Below are positions 1 to 9,236 of a DNA stretch of 64,000 nucleotides, piece by piece (the stretch's first letter is position 1; the number at the start of each line of letters is the position of its first letter). The translations under genes and the position numbers were made by a program. Below the pieces are notes generated by a model. The model worked only from the letters and a program-made list of their open reading frames with translations, searched no databases and was not told where the DNA came from. The DNA is taken from assembly GCA_963667845.2 (NCBI GenBank), contig CAXXVL010000001.1, forward strand, positions 576,001-640,000, in the 5' to 3' direction. The DNA comes from Smithellaceae bacterium (GTDB taxonomy: Bacteria > Desulfobacterota > Syntrophia > Syntrophales > Smithellaceae).

Positions 1-79
1 AGCGTTAATTCTGCGAAGCTTGCTGCCAAATAACGACGGTTATTTCACACCTCGACAGCTTGCGGTGAGATTGTTGATT
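1..79 (+). repeat. Family A modular palindromic repeat, long form, cut by window edge
   Basis: GCGTTAATT..GCTTGCTGC..ATTTCACACCTCGACAGCTTGCGGTGAGATTGTTGATT aligns with copies at 61100-61198 and 61886-61985. Confidence 0.8.
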
Positions 80-240
80 CCGTCATAAACAAAATTCAGC
101 CGTCTTTTGGGCTAAAATATCTTAACATACGAGACAGTATTGCTGCCGATTGTTTTGTTGCATACAGCGCTCACCTTTGATAAAATTACGATCAGTCATC
201 GCCAAGTATCACTAAACGATTTAAGGAAAGGAGAGGAAAA

Positions 241-1209
241 ATGAAAAAAATTTTATTCATTAAAGTTTGCCTGCTGCTTTGCATTGTTTTATTTGCCGCG
301 AGCACTTTTGCCGCTGATGGCGCCGCGACGCCAAGATTCAAACCCTCGCTGAGCCTGGGTTATGCTTTTTCCGGAGGAACAGACTTCAACTTTACAAGTG
401 TTGATGGAGTGGGTATTTTCGACGGCACAAAATTTGATCATAGCATTCCTAATTTATCCGGTGTTTACGTCGCAGGCGACCTTCTTTTTAACTTTACCAA
501 TCGTTTAAGTTTAACGGCCGGGGTGAAGGGTACGGTTTCCTTCAATAACGGGACTGACGAAGAGACGGTCGGTTTATTCCTTTCTTCTCCTGCCGTCAGA
601 AGTTGGGATCCCGATAATCGCTACTGGTGTACCGCAGATTTGTTGCTATCCTATGCGATTGTTAAAGACGCGTCTTTTCTTAAAGATCTCTCGGCCGTTG
701 CCGGCTTCCGTTATGATTATCACAAAATGAGTTTTAAAAACGCGCAGGTCACGGCAGGTGGCGTGGTGAGTGCGCCGACAGACAAGACGGATATCAAAAT
801 GCAAACCTATTCACCGGTGCTGGGAGTAACGTCTACTCTGCAGGGTTTTAGATCGGGAATTTTCGGCGGCGATATAAGACTGTCTCTCCTGGGCAGCCCC
901 TTTGTTTTTGGCAGAATAGATTACACTGAAGGATTCGGTGACCCGGCATTTAGATTCGACGTGGCTGAGAATTTTGGTCGCAGCTATTTTGTCAATATCG
1001 GCGCGGAAGTTACCGCCATCTCGGCAAAAATCGGCCCGCGAGCTGATTTGAGCGTTGCGCTTTTCGGACAATACACCCAGTTCGTGATTGATGATAAGGT
1101 GACGATGACGGGAACAAATGGCGGTGGCGTCGCAATCACAAAAGATTTTAATTTCTCGGCACGGCCGAATATAGCCGTTGTAGGTATCAAAACGGCTATT
1201 GAATTTTAA
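241..1209 (+). CDS. Exported protein, probable outer-membrane beta-barrel
   Basis: RBS AGGAGAGG; signal peptide ending AFA-A-like; alternating hydrophobic beta-strand pattern; C-terminal Phe. Confidence 0.6.
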   Translation: MKKILFIKVCLLLCIVLFAASTFAADGAATPRFKPSLSLGYAFSGGTDFNFTSVDGVGIFDGTKFDHSIPNLSGVYVAGDLLFNFTNRLSLTAGVKGTVSFNNGTDEETVGLFLSSPAVRSWDPDNRYWCTADLLLSYAIVKDASFLKDLSAVAGFRYDYHKMSFKNAQVTAGGVVSAPTDKTDIKMQTYSPVLGVTSTLQGFRSGIFGGDIRLSLLGSPFVFGRIDYTEGFGDPAFRFDVAENFGRSYFVNIGAEVTAISAKIGPRADLSVALFGQYTQFVIDDKVTMTGTNGGGVAITKDFNFSARPNIAVVGIKTAIEF

Positions 1210-1264
1210 TCCCGCTCACGCGGGACGAGGGTTAATCTCCGCAGCTTGCTGCGAGGTGGTTGAT
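1208..1264 (+). repeat. Family A repeat, short form
   Basis: AATCCCGCTCACGCGGGACGAGGGTTAATCTCCGCAGCTTGCTGCGAGGTGGTTGAT; overlaps the TAA of the upstream gene. Confidence 0.9.
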
Positions 1265-1282
1265 CCCTGCTTAAGTAAAAGG

Positions 1283-1330
1283 ACAGGCGGCTGGAATCAT
1301 GCCCTCCAGCCGCCTGTAAAATTATTTTTT
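1283..1330 (+). terminator. Probable intrinsic terminator
   Basis: 13-bp stem ACAGGCGGCTGGA/TCCAGCCGCCTGT followed by an A/T-rich tract. Confidence 0.55.
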
Positions 1331-1422
1331 TCCGTCTCCTGAATAATACGACAATAGAATGTTCTGTCATGTCTTAACGCTTCGGGTATGATAACAACAC
1401 GGCTGCGAAAGGAAACCATTCT

Positions 1423-1956
1423 ATGACTCCCACAGCATTTCATTGGAAGATTAGATTATTTGTCATTTTTCTATTCATTCTTGCCATTGTTTCAGTGACA
1501 AATATTGGTCGTACGGAGACCACTAATGATCTGATGCGGGAAGAAATTCTGGCATCTCATAACAAGTATAGGGCGGAAAAGGGCATTCCTTCTCTAAAAT
1601 GGTCAAAGACATTAGCTGACCATGCTATGAATTGGGCTCTTCATTTAGCCAAAGCAGGCAGACTTTATCACAGCAAAGAATCAGGTGAAGGTGAAAACCT
1701 GTGGCAGGGAAGCGCACGACATTTTTCTCATACAGAGAAAGTTGATACTTGGGGAAGTGAAAAAAAATATTTTAGAAGGGGGACATTTCCTGATGTCAGC
1801 ACATCAGGAAACTGGCAGGATGTTGGACACTACACTCAGATCATTTGGCGCAGTACAAGTGAAGTGGGATGCGCCCAAGCAACATCGGGAAGGTATGACT
1901 TTTTTGTTTGCCGCTATAATCCACCGGGTAATATTAGCGGGCAAAAAGTCTACTGA
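1423..1956 (+). CDS. CAP (SCP/PR-1) domain secreted protein
   Basis: HNKYR, GENL, GHYTQIIW, VGCA and CRYNPPGN CAP motifs; N-terminal hydrophobic segment. Confidence 0.92.
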   Translation: MTPTAFHWKIRLFVIFLFILAIVSVTNIGRTETTNDLMREEILASHNKYRAEKGIPSLKWSKTLADHAMNWALHLAKAGRLYHSKESGEGENLWQGSARHFSHTEKVDTWGSEKKYFRRGTFPDVSTSGNWQDVGHYTQIIWRSTSEVGCAQATSGRYDFFVCRYNPPGNISGQKVY

Positions 1957-2223
1957 TATTTCTGCTTTGTTTCATAACTTATTTTCCCCTGTTTCATGAC
2001 TTTCCCCTTTTGTACGATAAACGGCTGGAGAACCGGTCCGGCCGAAGTCGAAAGGATCATATCAGACCGGCCATCTCCCTTCATAAATTCCCTCAATATG
2101 TTGAGGTTCCACTATATATCGCGGCCAGGCGATTCATTTTCTGATTATAATGCTTTCTTACCTGTCAATCTAACAACTCGTTATTGAATCATTAATTTAA
2201 TATTCCGGTTCTCTGGCGGCCGT

Positions 2224-2239
2224 TGGCAGGCTAATTGCT
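2224..2239 (+). promoter_or_regulatory. Putative sigma-54 (-24/-12) promoter
   Basis: TGGCAGG-CTAA-TTGCT has exact GG-N10-GC spacing, about 190 bp upstream of the 2429 gene. Confidence 0.45.
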
Positions 2240-2428
2240 CTTATATATCCTGATTACAAGGGGATGGTTCCATTGTTTTATTTTCCTTCCTCTTTTGTAA
2301 AGCAGTCGGAGCTATTTCCTAAACACATTGGTTCAGTAACTTAAGGAGTATTTATGACAATGATCAAATGTTATAACTGGAGAAATGACAGTTATGTGTG
2401 CAGCTAATTGAGAAAAGGAGAAATGCCG

Positions 2429-2629
2429 ATGAAAAAATTAATCCTCACGGTTTTAATTTTAGAATTATTCACTTCCCCGGTCTATGCCCAGATGAGCACA
2501 GGTCAAGGGGGTGGCATGATGGGTAATGGCTGGGGATGGGGAATGGGATACGGCTTCGGATGGGTCTTTGTAATCATCATCGCGATTATCGTTATTTTTG
2601 GTGTCGTTTATATAATGAAAAGAAAATGA
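2429..2629 (+). CDS. Small Gly/Met-rich membrane protein
   Basis: RBS AGGAG; signal peptide, GGGMMGNGWGWGMG segment, one TM helix, basic tail. Confidence 0.7.
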   Translation: MKKLILTVLILELFTSPVYAQMSTGQGGGMMGNGWGWGMGYGFGWVFVIIIAIIVIFGVVYIMKRK

Positions 2630-2744
2630 AAAGCTGAAAGCGGAAAATATATTTTTTATAGAACAATGCCCGGTGCATCTTGTTTTTTGATGTGGAAGAG
2701 GTCTTTTTCGCGATGATAGAATTTATAATCTTAGGAGATATGAG

Positions 2745-3197
2745 ATGAATAAAAATATTTTAGTTGTCATCAGTTGTGTATTATTTGTGGCGTTGACTGG
2801 CCTCAATGGCTTTGCTCAGACAGACAACGGGATGAAGGATGACCGGAAGGGGGAGATGCAGCAGCAAGGCATGAAGATGGATGACGAGATGATGAAACAG
2901 ATGATGGAGAAATGCCAGCCGATGATGAAGCAAATGATGGCCGACAAGAAAGATATGATGCAGATGATGATTGACATGATGACTGTGCAGGAAAAGATGA
3001 TGAAAGGCCCAAAGGCTGCCGAGAAAAGGCAGATGATGAAGGACATGGCACAAATGAAAGAGAAGATGCAGAAGATGATGTCGATGCCTATGGATATGAC
3101 GGGGATGGCTGATACAAGCGCAACGCAGTCGAAGGAAATTGTGGGCAATGGGCCCCAAAAATCGGAGCCATCCAAGGTTGACCCGCATAAACATTAG
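2745..3197 (+). CDS. Met-rich secreted protein, candidate Cu(I)/Ag(I) binder
   Basis: RBS AGGAG; signal peptide; 32 Met in 150 aa; C-terminal HKH. Confidence 0.75.
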   Translation: MNKNILVVISCVLFVALTGLNGFAQTDNGMKDDRKGEMQQQGMKMDDEMMKQMMEKCQPMMKQMMADKKDMMQMMIDMMTVQEKMMKGPKAAEKRQMMKDMAQMKEKMQKMMSMPMDMTGMADTSATQSKEIVGNGPQKSEPSKVDPHKH

Positions 3198-3245
3198 GTG
3201 AGATGACGGTTATTAAGAGCCATTATTTTCGTAAGACATTGAAAG

Positions 3246-3290
3246 AAGGGACTCTGCTCCTGCAAAAGACTGAAGTCCCCTTTGCTTTTT
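3246..3290 (+). terminator. Possible intrinsic terminator
   Basis: AAGGGACT...AGTCCCCTTT followed by GCTTTTT. Confidence 0.4.
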
Positions 3291-3367
3291 CAGAAGAAGC
3301 GTTACTTTTCATCAATTTTAAGTGTTTTATAGGTTTCTTAAGGAAGAACAAAGAAGGAGAAAATTAG

Positions 3368-3577
3368 ATGAAAAAGATATTTTATTTCCTGGTCGCTGTT
3401 TTTCTGCTCGCAACTGTATTGTTGGGCGGGACCGGATGTATAAAAAAGGAAACGGGAATAAAAAGTTCATCGCAGCCGCAGCATGAAAGAAAGCAAAGAC
3501 CTGATTCATCTGAACCGCAGAAAAATGTGGGAATCAAACCATTCGATAATATAAATCGAGATTCCATTGAAGAATGA
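3368..3577 (+). CDS. Small lipoprotein resembling only the N-terminus of the Pal-like protein at 18359-18928 (possible truncated paralog)
   Basis: RBS AAGGAG; GC-IKKETGIKSSSQPQHERKQ versus [21 protein letters not shown]. Confidence 0.55.
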   Translation: MKKIFYFLVAVFLLATVLLGGTGCIKKETGIKSSSQPQHERKQRPDSSEPQKNVGIKPFDNINRDSIEE

Positions 3578-3902
3578 CAAAAACCTGCCGGGGTGGAATG
3601 GGTTCTCCTTTCAGATTCTACTAATCAATAGATCTGAGCCGAACCGTGGCAATATTCATCGAGATTGTATCCAGGCGCGCTACTCTCTTTCAACCGATAC
3701 TATTCAGTCTTGCCGCATACCTGTTTTCAGCACTCTTCTGGTGGTCGCGTTAACTGTTGCCGTTGGTATTTCCCTTGATATTGCGTGAGCAGTACGGGTG
3801 GAAAGCAGCTCAGCAAACAGATATGCCGCACTTCTCGACTGCAGTAAACCAATGCGTACTGTCTTTGGACAATCAAGGACGGCCAGGCAGATGAAGGAGC
3901 GA

Positions 3903-5315
3903 TTATTCCTCAGACGGGAGGGTTGCGGTGAAAACACTTCCTCCGCTCGGGCGGCTTTCCACCGTGATGTCGCCCCCGTGGGCACGGGCAATTGCGCGGG
4001 CCAGGCTCAGACCCAGGCCGGTTCCGGACTCGGAGCGGCTCCGGTCTCCCCGGTAGAAGCGTTCGAAAATGCGGGGCAGATCCTCGGCGGATATCCCAAC
4101 CCCCGTGTCTTTGACCGTGAGGGTGACACTCCGTCCTTCGCTCGGCGAGAGCGAGACTTCCACTTGTCCCCCGGCGGAGGTATACTTGATCGCATTGTCC
4201 AGGAGATTGGAGAGCAGGCGCTGGATCATGCGGGCGTCCCCCGCGATCACGCAGCGCTCGGGAACGTTGCAGGACAGGGTCAAGCCTCTGTCTTCGGCCG
4301 TCGTCCCGAAAAGCTCGCAGGCCTCCCGGACAAGGCCCGTCAGATCGATCTTTTCGCGGGACGGCTTCTCCACGCCAGCCTCCGTTTTGGAAATCATCAG
4401 CATCGTATTGATAATATCCAGGAGACGATCGCATTCCTCGATGGCGCTGGCGGCCATCGCTTCAAAGTCGGCAGGCGTTTTGCCTGTGGTCAGCGCGATC
4501 TCCGCCATGCCCCGGATCCGGGCAATCGGACTCTTCAGGTCATGGGCGATGTCGTCCCCCATCTGACGGATCTCGGCGACCAGCGACCCGATGCGGTCGA
4601 GCATCTGATTGAAGGTCATTGCCAGTTGATCGATTTCGTCGCCCCGGTCTTTTACCGGGACTCTCTTTTCGAGGGTGCCTCCGGAGATACCCTGCGCGGT
4701 TTTTGTGATCGTCTCGACGCCGGAAACCGCCCGGCGGGCTATGAACCAGCCGATCCCCGTCGCCAGTCCGATGAGCAGGGCCATGGTGATGAAAAATATT
4801 TCCCGAAAGGCGTCAAAGATCCGCGTGTAGTTTTCCATGGACTGACCGACCTGCAGGATGACCCCGGGACTGATCATGGCATAGAGAATGCGCACCTCCT
4901 CCTTGCGGGTGGTCATGATGATGGTTTCGATGACTTGTCCTGCGCCGCCTCCGAGCAATTGCCCGATGGCCTCTTTGCGGACGGCAATCTCCTTCCAGTA
5001 GGCCATGTTGGACGAGGAAAAGGCCTGGCCTGTCGGGTAAAGCAGGCGGAAAAATACCTTCTTCTCTCCGGCCGCCTGCGCTTCAAATAAGGCCAAGTTT
5101 TCAGCCGCCTCGATCCCGCGCTCCTTCAAAGCCGTTGAAAACTGCCCTGCCTGATTTATCAGATCACGGTCCGTTTTTTCCTGGATCACGGCGGTGATGA
5201 GTGCATAAAACAAAAAGAAAGCGACAAAGGAGCATACCGCGAAGGTGCCGCCGTACCAAAGGGTCAGGCGGAACGTGAGGCTATTCCTGAAGCGGCTGGG
5301 TTTCTTTAATAACAT
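3903..5315 (-). CDS. Heavy-metal (CusS-like) sensor histidine kinase
   Basis: Two TM helices, HAMP, H-box AHDLKSP, N-box NLLDNAIKY, DTGVGI and GTGLGL motifs. Confidence 0.92.
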   Translation of the reverse strand: MLLKKPSRFRNSLTFRLTLWYGGTFAVCSFVAFFLFYALITAVIQEKTDRDLINQAGQFSTALKERGIEAAENLALFEAQAAGEKKVFFRLLYPTGQAFSSSNMAYWKEIAVRKEAIGQLLGGGAGQVIETIIMTTRKEEVRILYAMISPGVILQVGQSMENYTRIFDAFREIFFITMALLIGLATGIGWFIARRAVSGVETITKTAQGISGGTLEKRVPVKDRGDEIDQLAMTFNQMLDRIGSLVAEIRQMGDDIAHDLKSPIARIRGMAEIALTTGKTPADFEAMAASAIEECDRLLDIINTMLMISKTEAGVEKPSREKIDLTGLVREACELFGTTAEDRGLTLSCNVPERCVIAGDARMIQRLLSNLLDNAIKYTSAGGQVEVSLSPSEGRSVTLTVKDTGVGISAEDLPRIFERFYRGDRSRSESGTGLGLSLARAIARAHGGDITVESRPSGGSVFTATLPSEE

Positions 5316-5970
5316 ATCCTACTCCGCGCACGGTATGAATCAGTTTTTGATCGGCGTCTTTATCGACCTTGTCCCGCAACCGGCTGATTCTGGCTTCCAC
5401 CACGTTGGTCTGCGGATCGAAATGATAATCCCAAACATGTTCCATGATCATCGTCTTGGAAACGATCCTTCCGGCGTTGCGCATCAGATATTCCAGCAGT
5501 GAAAACTCCCGGGGCTGCAGGTCGATGGTTTTTCCTCCCCGGGTGACTTCCCGGGTGACGAGATTGACGGACAGATCCCCGACGCTCAGGCGGATCGGAT
5601 CAGAAACGCCGCCGGCCCTGCGGATCAGAGCCTGCACGCGGGCCAGAAGCTCGGAGAAGGCAAATGGTTTCGTCAGATAATCGTCTCCGCCGGTTTCCAG
5701 CCCCTTCACCCGGTCATCCACCGAACCCTTCGCGCTCAGAATCAGGACGGGGGTGTTCACCTTTTGGGCGCGCAGCTCCCTGATCAGACTCAACCCGTCC
5801 TGCCGCGGCAGCATGAGATCGACGACGTTCGCATCGTAAGGTTCCGAAAGCGCGAGGCGGAGACCTTCTTCGCCGTCCGGGGCATGGTCCACGGCATACC
5901 CCGCCGCTTTCAACCCCTTGATAATGAAAGAGGCGATCTTGACGTCATCTTCTACAAGTAAAACTCTCAT
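5281..5970 (-). CDS. OmpR-family response regulator (CusR/CopR-like)
   Basis: VLLVEDD receiver, DLMLP, KPF and winged-helix HTVRGVGY. Confidence 0.94.
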   Translation of the reverse strand: MRVLLVEDDVKIASFIIKGLKAAGYAVDHAPDGEEGLRLALSEPYDANVVDLMLPRQDGLSLIRELRAQKVNTPVLILSAKGSVDDRVKGLETGGDDYLTKPFAFSELLARVQALIRRAGGVSDPIRLSVGDLSVNLVTREVTRGGKTIDLQPREFSLLEYLMRNAGRIVSKTMIMEHVWDYHFDPQTNVVEARISRLRDKVDKDADQKLIHTVRGVGYVIKETQPLQE

Positions 5971-6235
5971 CGGTATCCTCTGGGGTTGTTCATGTACCCG
6001 TTGTCCCGGCTGACCCCAATAAATTGGTTTCAGGGATAGACAACATAGGGTTTTTGCAGACGTGTGTCAAGCTGTCCCTGATTCCGATAGAACGACAACG
6101 TTCATCCAGCGAGAATGATGGTCCGGACTCTGATCAGACCGATTCCCGATCTACCGGATGGGAGAATATTTTCCGGCTTTGGAGACCGGCTTTGGCCCGT
6201 TTCAGAAAGAAGGCCATGGCCCCCATTTGTTAATT

Positions 6236-6517
6236 CTATTTTTTGGCCAGTTGTCTTGCCCAAAGCGTCAGCCAGATGACGACAAATAGTATCATTCCGA
6301 AGCCGAGCTTGGAGGCCGCCATTGCCCACAGCCAGATCGTACGAATTTCCACCCATGTAACGCCTTTTCCCCAGAGGAAAAGCATTGCTTCCGGCTCTCT
6401 GTTCATGATCAGTACATAAGCAAGTCCCTGGATCAACACAATACAATAGGCGATTAATACGGTCCACCATCCGGCCGTTGCCGCAGCCCGTACTTTCTTT
6501 GCAAATATTTCATCCAT
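6236..6517 (-). CDS. Small membrane protein, unknown function
   Basis: RBS GAGG; two to three hydrophobic segments. Confidence 0.65.
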   Translation of the reverse strand: MDEIFAKKVRAAATAGWWTVLIAYCIVLIQGLAYVLIMNREPEAMLFLWGKGVTWVEIRTIWLWAMAASKLGFGMILFVVIWLTLWARQLAKK

Positions 6518-6545
6518 ACTTATTTCCTCATTATTTTTTTATTTC

Positions 6546-6643
6546 AATTAACCACCTCGCAGCAAGCTTTTGAGGTGTGAATGAATGTCATGATAGCGCA
6601 GCAAGCTGCGGATGATTAACGCTCGTCCCAAAACGGCGGGATT
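6546..6643 (-). repeat. Family A repeat, long form
   Basis: Reverse complement of the family consensus, with two CGCAGCAAGC cores. Confidence 0.88.
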
Positions 6644-6650
6644 AAATCTT

Positions 6651-9209
6651 CTAACCTGTATGATCAGGCTTAGGCTCACCAGCTTTTGCATCGTGCTTCG
6701 GTTCGGATTTCGCTTCAGTTTTAGATTTGGCTCCGACGGGATCAAAAACCCGATAGGCGAGCAACTTCACGTTGTCATTCACGAGGAACCACAGCAGCGC
6801 ATAGCCCCAGACGAACCCGGCCCAACCCCAGCCCAGCGGCGTCATAAACAGTCCGTAAACCGCGATCAACGTCGCAATGATTTGTGTGCCGAGCACCGCT
6901 ATCCACAAAATCTTCGCGGGGCGTATGGACCAAAATCTCCCGCGCGTGCGCGTGAGAAAGATCGTCAGATGTCCCGCCACGGACAGCTTCAAATACATCA
7001 GGGTTTGAATATGCGCCCGGTCGAGATGAAAGACTCGCTCACCCAGATAAAACAAGCCGAAGGCAGAGACAACGCCGATGACGCCCAGCGCCGTGGCAAC
7101 GCCGAGAACCATGCGCATGTTCCAGGCTTCCGGATGATCCTTGTAATGAACATTGTCATAGGCAATGGACAGGATGGCGCCGTCATTGAGCAACGCGAGC
7201 ATCACGATCATTACTGCCGTCAGGGGATAGAAATTGAAGATCAGGATCGCCAACGTCATGAAGAACAGAACGCGCAGCGTCTCGGCGATGCGGTAGATCG
7301 CATAGCTGTTCATCCGCTGGAAGATACGGCGGCTCTCCTTGATCGCGTCAATAATCACCGACAGGCCGGGCGTCATGAGCACAATAGCGGCTGCTGCGCG
7401 CGCCGCGTCCGTCGCACCCGAAACGGCGATACCGCAGTCGGCTTTCTTCAGCGCCGGGGCGTCGTTCACCCCGTCGCCCGTCATGCCGACGATGTGGCCG
7501 AGCTTTTGCAGGACATCCACAATGTGAAACTTATGTTCAGGGAACACCTGGGCAAAACCGTCTGCCTTCTCGATGGAATCGGCCACCTCGGTAGTCTCTT
7601 GCTTTTTCGAATCGCCTAAGCCCCCGGCATCGAGGATATTTGCGCCCATGTCTAACTTTTTCGCGGTTTCCCGGGCGATGGCCAGTGCATCACCCGTAAC
7701 CATCTTGACCTTTACGCCCATTGCCAGCGCGGTTGCGATGGTTGCCTTGGCGTCTTCCCGCGGCGGGTCAAACAGGGGCAACACGCCGACAAATTGCCAT
7801 TGGCCTTCGCCCTCAGCCCGCGCCACTCCCAACGAGCGAAAGCCGCGCGCCGCAAAGTCGTTGACCGCCTTATCAACGGCAGACTTCACCTGACCGGTAT
7901 TGACCGACAATGCCATAATCACCTGCGGGGCGCCCTTTGTCACCTTGAATGTCTTTCCGTCGCTGGCTTTGACGGTGGCTTCGGTACGCTTATGCACGGC
8001 ATCGAAGGGCTGGAAATGGACCGCCTGGTAGCCTTTTAAGGCCTCTTTGTCTTTTAGTCCCCCCAGGACGGCCAGGTCAATGGTGTCGTTATTGTCCGCA
8101 CGTGACGCCAGCGCAGCGTTGAGGATCACTTGATCGGCCGGAATGCCGTTCACCCCGAACGGATCACCCAACGTCAGTTTATTCTGCGTCAGTGTGCCGG
8201 TCTTGTCCGCGCATAATACGTCCACGCCCGCCAGTTCCTCAATGGCCACCAACTTGCTTACAATCGCCTCTTTCTTGGCGAGCAGGCGTGCGCCAACCGC
8301 CATCGTCACTGAAAGCACCGTTGGCATGGCCACGGGAATTGCGGCCACAGTCAGCACCAGGGCAAACTGCAGCGTGGTGAGGATCGCGTCGCCGCGATAG
8401 ACGGCGAAACCAATAATCACCGCCACCAGCGTTACCGCCAGGATGATCAGGTAATTGCCGATTTTCAAAACCGCCTTTTGAAAATGGCTGACCGTGTGAG
8501 CCTCCTGCACGAGCTGCGCCGTTTTGCCGAAGTAAGTGTTTGCACCCGTGGCATAGACCAGGGCGCCAATTTCACCCTGGCGGATGATTGACCCCGAGAA
8601 CACCGCCTCACCCGGTTTTCGGGTGGCAGGTAATGACTCGCCCGTCAGGGCCGACTGGTCCACCTCAACCGGATCGCCATCCAGCAGACGCGCATCAGCG
8701 GGTACAATGTCGCCCAGACGCAGGCGAATGACATCGCCCGGCACCAACTCGCTGGCCTTCGGGTTGACCCATTTTCCGTCTCGTTTTACCCGGGCCTTGA
8801 TCGCCAGCTTCGCCTTCAGCGCTTCAATGGCGTTGCCCGCCTGGTGTTCTTCCCAGAATCCGACCACGGCGTTGGCCAGAAGCAGAAGGAGGATGATGCC
8901 GAAGTCCGGCCAATGCCGGGCGACCGCCGAAAGAATCACGGCTGCTTCAATCATCCACGGGATGGGACCCCAAAAATAAGTGAGGAATTTCAGGAAGGGA
9001 TTGGTCTTCTTTTCTGCAATCTCGTTCGGCCCATATTGAGTCAGCCGTTTCTGAGCCTCGGCTTGCGTCAGGCCGTCCGGCGACGCGCCTAACTTCTTCT
9101 CCACGTCGGCCAGGGGCAAGGTTTTCAGGTCGTCCTTCGCATCGGGTTTGGCTCCGGGCTTCGATTTGGGAGCTTTGGACTGGTCGGCATTGGATTTCAT
9201 AATGGGCAT
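6651..9209 (-). CDS. Plasma-membrane-type proton-efflux P-type ATPase (P3A)
   Basis: DKTGT, TGES, IPVAMP, KGAPQV, MTGDGVNDAPALKKA and the P3A-type LNDG TM motif. Confidence 0.93.
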   Translation of the reverse strand: MPIMKSNADQSKAPKSKPGAKPDAKDDLKTLPLADVEKKLGASPDGLTQAEAQKRLTQYGPNEIAEKKTNPFLKFLTYFWGPIPWMIEAAVILSAVARHWPDFGIILLLLLANAVVGFWEEHQAGNAIEALKAKLAIKARVKRDGKWVNPKASELVPGDVIRLRLGDIVPADARLLDGDPVEVDQSALTGESLPATRKPGEAVFSGSIIRQGEIGALVYATGANTYFGKTAQLVQEAHTVSHFQKAVLKIGNYLIILAVTLVAVIIGFAVYRGDAILTTLQFALVLTVAAIPVAMPTVLSVTMAVGARLLAKKEAIVSKLVAIEELAGVDVLCADKTGTLTQNKLTLGDPFGVNGIPADQVILNAALASRADNNDTIDLAVLGGLKDKEALKGYQAVHFQPFDAVHKRTEATVKASDGKTFKVTKGAPQVIMALSVNTGQVKSAVDKAVNDFAARGFRSLGVARAEGEGQWQFVGVLPLFDPPREDAKATIATALAMGVKVKMVTGDALAIARETAKKLDMGANILDAGGLGDSKKQETTEVADSIEKADGFAQVFPEHKFHIVDVLQKLGHIVGMTGDGVNDAPALKKADCGIAVSGATDAARAAAAIVLMTPGLSVIIDAIKESRRIFQRMNSYAIYRIAETLRVLFFMTLAILIFNFYPLTAVMIVMLALLNDGAILSIAYDNVHYKDHPEAWNMRMVLGVATALGVIGVVSAFGLFYLGERVFHLDRAHIQTLMYLKLSVAGHLTIFLTRTRGRFWSIRPAKILWIAVLGTQIIATLIAVYGLFMTPLGWGWAGFVWGYALLWFLVNDNVKLLAYRVFDPVGAKSKTEAKSEPKHDAKAGEPKPDHTG

Positions 9210-9236
9210 TCCTCCTGTCCTTGATTTACCGTCCGA

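Noticed and set aside
2781..3194. Strikingly His-rich minus-strand ORF, tempting as a metal-binding protein
   Set aside because: It is the antisense shadow of the Met-rich gene (ATG reads CAT); the plus-strand ORF has the RBS and signal peptide.
3580..3900. Possible pseudogene between the small lipoprotein and the sensor kinase
   Set aside because: Short hydrophobic frames are present but no family could be recognised.
3798..5090. 430-aa plus-strand ORF and similar long antisense ORFs (6612-7619, 16620-17849, 27345-28553, 36308-37459, 41303-43108, 47915-49528)
   Set aside because: They overlap well-supported genes on the opposite strand, lack recognisable motifs and are expected from GC-rich codon bias.
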